Origin: Lytechinus pictus
Taxonomy: Eukaryota
Reading direction: 5' to 3'
Assembly: GCF_037042905.1 (NCBI RefSeq)
Contig: NC_087249.1
Coordinates: 27,652,001-27,716,000 of the forward strand
DNA: 64,000 bases
The position numbers were made by a program, and so were the translations under genes. Positions 12,101 to 21,555 of this stretch are shown here, piece by piece. The first letter of the stretch is position 1. Every line of letters starts with the position of its first letter. The notes under the pieces were generated by a model, which had not been told where the DNA came from, searched no databases, and was given only the letters and a program-made list of their open reading frames with translations.

Positions 12101-15100
12101 CCAAGCTGTCGACAAACTACTCTAGCATCATAAACATCCCAACTGTCATCACAGACTGTACCCCACAAGCCATCGTGGAAGATCTCTACCCGACCTTGGT
12201 TTGGAGTGGGGCCCTCAACAAGACGGACATCACCTTCTGTACCATCTTTGAAAAGAAAACGATTTGCAGTATATCCATTCATAATGGGCATCAATAATTG
12301 AAAATGGCAAACATGCGTACATGAAACCATCTTACAAGGTGTTGAGGATTATTCATTGTATAAAGAATTATGTCTACATGTAAACGAATCATGGTAAAAG
12401 TCTCACACATAAACGAACATTGTATAAGATTGCACTAACGTACAGTATCTCTTTTCAAAATAAGAATGATGGAATATTATAAGCGTCAATCAAAGTATAG
12501 AAACATAATGGTCTTTGATTCCGTCCTAAATGCAATATTTGATCCATGAAATGTAATGAGCTTTAAAATGAGGACAAAATGAGAAAAAATAAATGATAGT
12601 TTATTGTAAAGAAAGATGGTCTACAAACAAACCTTGGCAGGTCACACCAGCATCACTCTCGTGTCCACAGAAGTTGTTGTCCCAACCGTCGATCTGGCAT
12701 AAATCCAACCGAGTTTCGTTTCCTTCACAGTCAACGTAATCAAGGTGTATGGGGCAAGATCCTTCTGGATATTTTCCACCGTTCCAAGCTCCACCAATGT
12801 TGTTTGAGTATCCAAGCTGTCGACAAACTACTCTAGCATCATAAACATCCCAACTGTCATCACAGACTGTACCCCACAAGCCATCGTGGAAGATCTCTAC
12901 CCGACCTTGGTTTGGAGAGGGACCATCAACTAGGCGGATATCACCTTCTGTACCATCTTTGGAAAGAAAACGATTACCAGTATATCTATTTATGATCATT
13001 ATTTCTTTACAAGCATGAACTCGAATTGTGTGAACAGGTTTCTTAATTTATTAACGAATGTAATTCATGTAATTCAATAGAATCACATTAGTTTTCGCAG
13101 GTGATAGGTAGTTCTATTTGTAATCTCTCTCAGTGTCGATATGACATTAGATTGAAAGTCTAAAGTCCGCCACAAGATACGTAGTTAATATTATCACGAA
13201 ACATAACATTTCATCAGATGAAATAAGATTTTAATCGTCAAATGAATTCGTTTATCAACATGAGATCCAAGGTGTTTATTTCGCAGTATAACAATTAAAA
13301 AAAATACTTAAAGGACAAGTCGCAAAAAAGGACAATCTGAGTTTCGGAAGGGTATTGAAAAAGGAAATAAATGTATCACGAGCTAAAAAAAAAAAAAAAA
13401 AAAAAACCTTGGCAGATAACACCAGCATCACTCTCGTGTCCACAGAAGTTGTTATCCCAACCGTCGCTCTGGCATAAATCCAACCGAGTTTCGTTTCCTT
13501 CACAGTCAACGTAATCAAGGTGTATGGGGCCAGATCCTTCTGGATATTTTCCACCGTTCCAAGCTCCACCAATGTTGTTTGAGTATCCAAGCTGTCGACA
13601 AACTACTCTAGCATCATAAACATCCCAACTGTCATCACAGACTGTACCCCACAAGCCATCGTGGAAGATCTCTACCCGACCTTCGTTTGGAGTGGGGCCA
13701 TCAGCAAGGCGGATATCACCTTCTGTGCCATCTTTGAAAAGAAAACGTTGAGCAGTATATGCAGTATATTCACTCATAATCACTCTTTTCACCGTATTCA
13801 AATCACACTTTAAAATTGCATTGTTGTGATAAGAAAGATGGGCATCAATGATTGAAAATGGCAAACATGCGTACATGAAACCAATCTTACAAGGTGTTGA
13901 GGATTATTCATTGTATAAAGAATTATGTCTACATGTAAACGAATCATGGTAAAAGTCTCACACATAAACGAACATTGTATAAGATTGCACTAACGTACAG
14001 TATCACTTTTCAAAATAAGAATGATGGAATATTATAAGCGTCAATCAAAGTATAGAAACATAATGGTCTTTGATTCCGTCCTAAATGCAATATTTGATCC
14101 ATGAAATGTAATGAGCTTTAAAATGAGTACAAAATGAGAAAAAATAAATGATAGTTTATTGAAAAGAAAGATGGTCTAAAAACAAACCTTGGCAGATTAC
14201 ACCAGCATCACTCTCGTGTCCACAGAAGTTGTTGTCCCAACCGTCGGTCTGGCATAAATCCAACCGAGTTTCGTTTCCTTCACAGTCAACGTAATCAAGG
14301 TGTATGGGGCCAGATCCCTCTGGATATTTTCCACCGTTCCAAGCTCCACCAATGTTGTTTGAGTATCCAAGCTGTCGACAAACTACTCTAGCATCATAAA
14401 CATCCCAACTGTCATCACAGACTGTACCCCACAAGCCATCGTGGAAGATCTCTACCCGACCTTGGTTTGGAGTAGGACCATGAGAAAGACGGACATCACC
14501 TTCTGCGCCATCTTTGTAAAAAAAATCGAATAGCCGTATAATCGTTTACAATCTCAACATAATTATATTATGTTCTAATAAAAAGATGATTCCTGATTCA
14601 CTTGTAATTTTGCCCAAGATTGCCAAAAGACAGAGGATAAATCAAGTTTCCTCTGTTTTTAAGATGATGTGATCAAAATCCTTCCCCAAAAATCACGTTC
14701 AGTTTACTTGACTGACGACACCTAGACAAACTTGAGCAATTACCCATGAGAGACTACTATTGTTAATATAATACGTAAAGGAGCACCGAACCCCATTTTC
14801 AAAGTACATGTATGAGTTTTAGGACAGGAATAATCATTGCAACGATAGTCAACAAATAGGGTACTCAAAAAATAAAGATGTATGAGTGTCAGTTACCAAC
14901 CTTGACAAATAACACCGGCATCTTCCGAATGTCCGCAGTTCTGAATATCCCAGCCGTTGCTCTTGCATAAATCCAACCTAGTTTCATTTCCCTCGCAGGC
15001 GACGTCATCAAGGTGTATGGGGCCTGATCCCCTCGGATATTTTCCACCAGCCCAGGCTCCACCAATGTTGTTTGAGTATCCAAGCTGTCGACAAACTACT

Positions 15101-18100
15101 CTAGCATCATAAACATCCCAACTGTCATCACAGACTGTACCCCACAAGCCATCGTGGAAGATCTCTACCCGACCTTGGTTTAGAGTGGGGCCCATAACAA
15201 GACGGACATCCCCCTCTTTTTCAAATTCTGAAAAGAAACGATAGAAACCTGCTTTTCACTGCATACCTTATCTCAGGACTAAGAATTTTCCCATATCAAA
15301 ATATCCTGGTGCAGCCCCCTATCAAAATATCATGGTGCTGCCCCTATCAAAATATCATGGTGCAGCCACCTATCAAAATATCATGGTGCAGTCCCCTATC
15401 AAAATATCCTGGTGCTGCCCCTATCAACATATGTTGGCGCCGCCCTTTAAAGGACAAGTCCATCCCAACAAAAAATTGATTTGATTAAAAAGAGAAAAAT
15501 CGAACAAGCACAGCATTGAAAATTTCATCAAAATCGAATGTCAAATAAGAAAGTTATGACATTTTAAAGTTTCGCTTAATTTCACAAAACAGTTATATGC
15601 ACATCCTGGTTAGTATGCAAATGAGGAGAGTGATGAGATCATCCACTCACTATTTATTTTGTTTTTTGTTCATATGAAATGTGAAATATTCTAATTATCT
15701 CCTCATTGTCAAGTGAACATGTGGAATAAGCATTGCTTAATACTTTATGATTCAGTAAAGTTGGTCCATATGGTCAAATCTGTAAATAATGAAATATTGT
15801 ATAATTCAAACAATAAAAAACAAAAGAAATAGTGAGTGATTGACATCATCGACTGAGTCGACTGACTCATTTGCATGTCACTGAGTTGTGCATATCACAT
15901 AATTTTTATCATAGTTGTGCATATTACATGATTTTCTTTGGTCCTGAACTCTCTCTCCCCCTCCATCTCTCTCTCTCTCTCTCTCCCTCTCTTACCATGT
16001 TCTTTTACTTTCTCATTCTGAGTCTTATTTTTATGTGCATATATGTCTTCTTTACTTATGTTTTCTTTATGTTATGAATTGTATGTTTTTAGACAGGCAG
16101 AGCCCTGTGGAAGACCAGCGATTTTTTTTAATGAACGTTTTAATTGTATATATTGTGTAATTTTACATATTTGTTTGTACAAAGCTGAACAGGCTCCACT
16201 GGTTAAAGATTTGAAATAAATGAATAAAAATAAATAAATAAAATCACTGTTTTGTGAAAAATAAGCGAAACTTTAAAATACCATAACTTTCTTATTTTAC
16301 ATCCGATTTTGATGAAATTTTCAGTATTATGCCAGTTTGATTTTTCTCTATATATGTATTCAAATAAACATTTTGCTGGGGTGGACTTGACCTTTAACAA
16401 AATATCCTGGCGCCACTTCGTTTTTGTAGGGCCTGTTACAACCGATAACGTCGCAGCAACGCATAATAATGTCGCAGGGAAATGGCATTATGCGATGATC
16501 ATCCAACGCATAATGTCGCAGCGGTATTCGATTCGATATGTTTTCTTTCAGTAATTTGTTTAAAGGAGAATGAAACCCTTGAAACCAGCTGAATCCATAT
16601 CAATGAGAAAAATCAAAGAAACATATTGTTGAAAGTTTGAGGAAGATTGAATGAATGATAAGAAAGTTATGAGCATTTGAATATTGAGATCACTAGTGCC
16701 ATGTAGATCCTCCCATCGGCAATGCGACCAAGATCTGTGATATCACACACGTACAACTCCCTCATTACTTTAGTACTTATTTCACGTATATTCTCACTTT
16801 TATAGAGTCTATCACAAGGTGAGGTGTTCTCTTTATGAGATGACAAGTACAGAGGTTTCACAACATTATATCATTGATGAATCGTTTGTCATATGATTAG
16901 AATGAGCAAAAAGAGATGTTTTGGGGTATATTTTCAGTGTCCAAATGGGGGAGTTGTACGTGTGTGACATCACAGATCTTGGTCGCATTGCCAATGGGAG
17001 GATCTCCATAGCATTAGTGATCTCGACATTCAAATGCTCATAACTCTTCTATTGCTAGTCCTATTTTACTCAAAGTTTTGTTGATCTTATTCTTTGATTT
17101 TTCTGCTTTCACAAAAGCTAACTTGCTCCAAGAGTTTCATTCTCCTTTAAGCTCTGTCATCTGAACAATTTTAAACTGTTGGTGGGGCAGGCGCAGATGC
17201 AGGAGAGGGGGCAGTATCCAATTCATTATCTGGAGGAGGCGTTTGACTAAAAAAAACATGTATTGTGTGGACTAGTGAAACGCAAGTATACGCATACCAC
17301 CATTTATCTGCACATATTGCTATATACATGTATGTAATTAAGCACATTTCCATGGTCTTTTACAGACAATTTCAAATACAAATTTAATTACAATTCATTG
17401 TTGTTCATGAGATTTTAAGAAAGAAATTATATTTCGTATTGTTACTCGGAATTTACCATAAGAAATTCGGCGCGCGATTCTCACTCGCATATCTTTTATA
17501 TAGGTCTATAATGCCCAATACTGCTCAGAATGTTCAAATTTTGGGTCTAAATCGCCGGCGGGCGTAAATCCCGGGGGATGGGGGATACATTCCCCAAACA
17601 CTTTTCGGAGAGGGGGATGGCATGTACAATCATCCCCCCCCCCCCACTTTTCAAGATAGAAAAAAACAATTTTAATCATCAAATGGTTAATACCATGTTA
17701 ATATGTGAATTCATCTTTAAATGCTATCAAAGTGCTTAAATTGGCCAAATTTTCCATTCTAAAATTGCAAAATTTCTCGCGCGGTCGCTCCGCTCCCGCA
17801 ATCAATCGATTCTTACAAGAATTTGGCCATGACAAATCTTGAGTTCAGCTTATAGCAAAGGTTATTTCCACTGCATCATGGGAGTTAAGTTATAATTAGT
17901 CCATTTCTGAATATGTGATTCCAATTACTTTTAAATATGATTATAACTTATCATAACGAATAAAAATATCCTTTAAATACACTCTCGTGAATATGGGGGG
18001 ATTACCTGGTATCTTTGTGGAAGCGGGGGATTCTGTTTAAAAAAATATTTGGCCTAACGTATTCTTCAAGTTAAGGGTACGATGAGTCATTGGTAATATT

Positions 18101-20841
18101 GATCAAATCAATGCCGTTGATAAAACACTAATATTCGCTCAAAATATCGAATGTTGCATCATCTCCCAATATAATCTTATAGATTATTCGAATCTTTCCT
18201 TGTCATATGCAATTTCATTGTGATATTACCACTTTTTGGAAGTTTATATTGTGGCCTGTGATGGCCTATGATCATTTCAAATGGCACCCTTATTTTTGTT
18301 TTCATTCTCATCTCACTTTATCCAGTGAGCAAATAAGTTTTCATTGAACAAAACTCGACTATTTAATCCCTAATAGCTCTCTTTATATTATTTTTTGTTC
18401 ACATTCTTCTAAAGTTTACGTTATTGATAATACCCTTATCATCATCATTTTAAACGACTGAAACTACTTTTTTAAGGCTCATTAACTACGCTCACCGCCT
18501 CAATTTCTCCCATAATTACACTCCTTGATTTTGTTATCATTCTGTCTTTCAAGGGCTATGGAAAATTTGCTCGCTCGCTTCGCTCACTCGCATTTGGACA
18601 TAACTGTAATTCAGTAGTATGCATCGCAACAAATCCATTACGCACTATGGATATGTAAGCCCGAAAATGTTCCACGCTTATTTTTGGAAACGATGCAATT
18701 GCAAATATAATTTAAGTTGCTATATAAATTTCGTTATTTTTCACTCGTGCACAAAAAGGCTGTATTTGCATTGCAGTGTTTTGTTCGCAAACATGCATGT
18801 ACAAGCACTCATTGACATGGTTGATGATCTTTGACAAAATGCATATATATCCCCCACTGACATTGACTGAGTGAGACCTCTATCTATTATATTATCTCTC
18901 TCCAAAACGGGTCATTACATCAAAGGCAGTAACTACAGTATTTAGTCTACATGTATATGCAAAGACTAACTTTGATCATCTAGAGGGTTTTCATGCAGAG
19001 AAGCCTGCATGGAGTTTCTTCTTGTTTCACACAGAAAAAAGTAGAAGGGAGGAGGAAAAAGAAGAAGAAGAAAAAGAAGAAGAAGAATTAGAAGGTGATG
19101 ATGATGATGATGATGATGAAGCTCAGAGGAGGAGAAGGAGGAGCAGAGGGAGAAACGGGAAGATGAAGACGAAAAAATCAAATGCGCAGTAAACACTATT
19201 ATGCTTTCCAGTTTGTCTATAGCAGATTGAGTTTTAATTTTATTTCGCCCAACAATGGAAGTGCCGGATATGAATTATCTTCTTTGATAGATAAAATAAA
19301 GTTGTTCATTATTTTATTGGATATAAAAGGATCTGCTTCTGTTAAAAATGATGTATCCCAAAAAGTATGTCCCTATAGATAGAAATCTTTATCAATTAAC
19401 ATCGTGACACAAATCATGTATGAATTTAAAGAGATTGGTAAGTAAAACCATTCCAATAGCCCGGATGGATGATTTACCGGACTCTGATTCGAAAATAAGT
19501 TTGGAAGGTAGATATGGATAAGATCCACATCCTGACAATAGAGAGTTTTCACAACTGCAATGGAGACAGAATCAAGAACACGGTAAATATATTGGGAATG
19601 CCCGCCAAATGACAAAAAGCAGCTGGGAGGTTTTTGTCGAGAACTGGTGAACCGGAACGGCAGTTTCGCCCTAAGTTTCGGAACTGACGAAAAACTGCAA
19701 ATATGTCGTTTGTCCAGAGTCTAAGACGAAACTTCTGGGGGGGGGGGGGTTATTCATCAATTATCGACAAAGATTTTTTGGTTGTGGCATTCGACAATGC
19801 ATTGTTTTTTATCCTTCGTGCATCGAGAAAGCAAAAACTACCTAATCTTACTACTTCGTTTCCCCGCAATCAGGTGCGCAGGTGACGCCGAATTATGCTT
19901 ATAAACCCATGAATTGAATGAAAACGAAAGCTTGGACGAACATCCAAGAGGAATTAAAATATAGAAGAGGAGGGAGACGGTGTTTTCAATTCAGTTTTTG
20001 CACAAGATATTCATAAGCAAATAGACAAAGTTCAACCAAATATTGATCCATGCTAATGATGCTGCATGCATTTGTGCAATGCTGCTGAACGTCATCTCTA
20101 AAACTGTGAGTCTCTGCAACATGCAATAAGTTGAAAGAAACGTTAGCTAGAACTAGTAGAGTAAAAAAAAACGACGTTCGCTAAGTTGTGGACCTATAAC
20201 AAGTCGTGCCCATATACGCAGGACTATTATTTTGCATGGTGGTTAGCAATTGGAAAGTAGAATTTATTAAAAACAATTAAAAGACCTCAGCCACAAGTCC
20301 TCTTTCTCTCAATATTTTTAGGAGAAACACTTATATTTTCCTGTCTTCCTGCACATTCAAACCTCCTTTGTCTACGTTTAGTTCCTACTATGTATTATTA
20401 TCTGCATATGTAACACTATTTTGTTGTAAATGTGAATACTCTAATGGTAAAATAAATTAAACAAAACAAAAAGTCCTTGTACCCGGACTATCCGTTTACT
20501 AAAGCGTTTTTTTTTCTTCATAAATAGATTCCTGAGGCATAGTAATTAGAACATATAAACCACAAGTCACAGAAAAATGATAGATTACATTTTAGGTTTC
20601 TGCAGCATTTCCCCCATCATGACCCACCTCCGCATTGACGTTTACAATATTTATGACAACCACATCTTTTCATAGTTTACTAATGCGTAAATTTGGTCCA
20701 AGCTGTGAGAATGATAGCAATATTGAGCAAAATATATTTGGACAACCAAAAATCACTGCTATACAAACACCTCTCTATGTTGTGTTTATAGTTTAGGCAT
20801 TGTAAGAGATGTGAATATTTCTTTTACAATGACATTAAGTG

Positions 20842-20919
<78 letters not shown>

Positions 20920-21173
20920 GGTAGATATTCCACGTGTTGGAGTAATATTAAGAGAAACAAGGTTGAAACTTTCATGCTTTAATCCAACAAAATTAAGTCC
21001 ACAAATTTTCGACGAGTACATACCGTCTTTACCGTACTTTATCGAGTACATACCGTCTTTATCAGTTTCACTTGATAAAGACTGTATGTACTCGTCGAAA
21101 ATTTGTGGACTTCAATAAATTTTGTTGGATTAAAGCATGAAAGTTTCATACTTGTTTCTCTTATATAACCATG

Positions 21174-21209
<36 letters not shown>

Positions 21210-21332
21210 AATAATTCATTGGTTGGATTGCTTAACTAAGCTAGTCGTACAGACTGTTTCACCCTAAGGCTCATCAGCGAATCACAGTCGAGCACTATTA
21301 GATATTGCAGTATATCACTATATACTTACCTA

Positions 21333-21368
<36 letters not shown>

Positions 21369-21519
21369 TCATGAAATTTTCTGTCTCTGATTTTTGGTTC
21401 TTTTGACAGTCTGTAATGCTGTCAAATGACCATGACTTGGCCAGTTTATTAAGTGAAGTAAAACTTTAGAAAAATGGGGGTCGGATGTACAAAAGGGCTG
21501 ATCATTTTATGGAATTGCC

Positions 21520-21555
<36 letters not shown>

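Larger units (their letters stand above)
9372..14900. repeat. Recent tandem exon+intron duplications within the SRCR array
   Basis: Near-identical introns: type X (10719-11159, 11484-11921, 12957-13407), type Y (9980-10394, 12246-12632, 13732-14187), and more diverged type Z (9372-9655, 14512-14900). Confidence 0.92.
20853..21552. repeat. Cluster of (TA)n microsatellites (20853-20916, 21174-21209, 21335-21362, 21523-21552) with interspersed element remnants
   Basis: Direct reading. Confidence 0.9.

Noticed and set aside
498-15083. Numerous plus-strand and alternate-frame ORFs overlapping SRCR exons
   Set aside because: Shadow frames of the repeated SRCR coding sequence; no independent splice or homology support.
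17171-17250. Pro-rich minus-strand segment ([21 protein letters not shown]) as a mucin-like SRCR linker exon
   Set aside because: The acceptor would put this frame in phase 2, not phase 1, there is no GT donor, and the sequence resembles the common caggcgc.gat.cagg GC-rich interspersed repeat.
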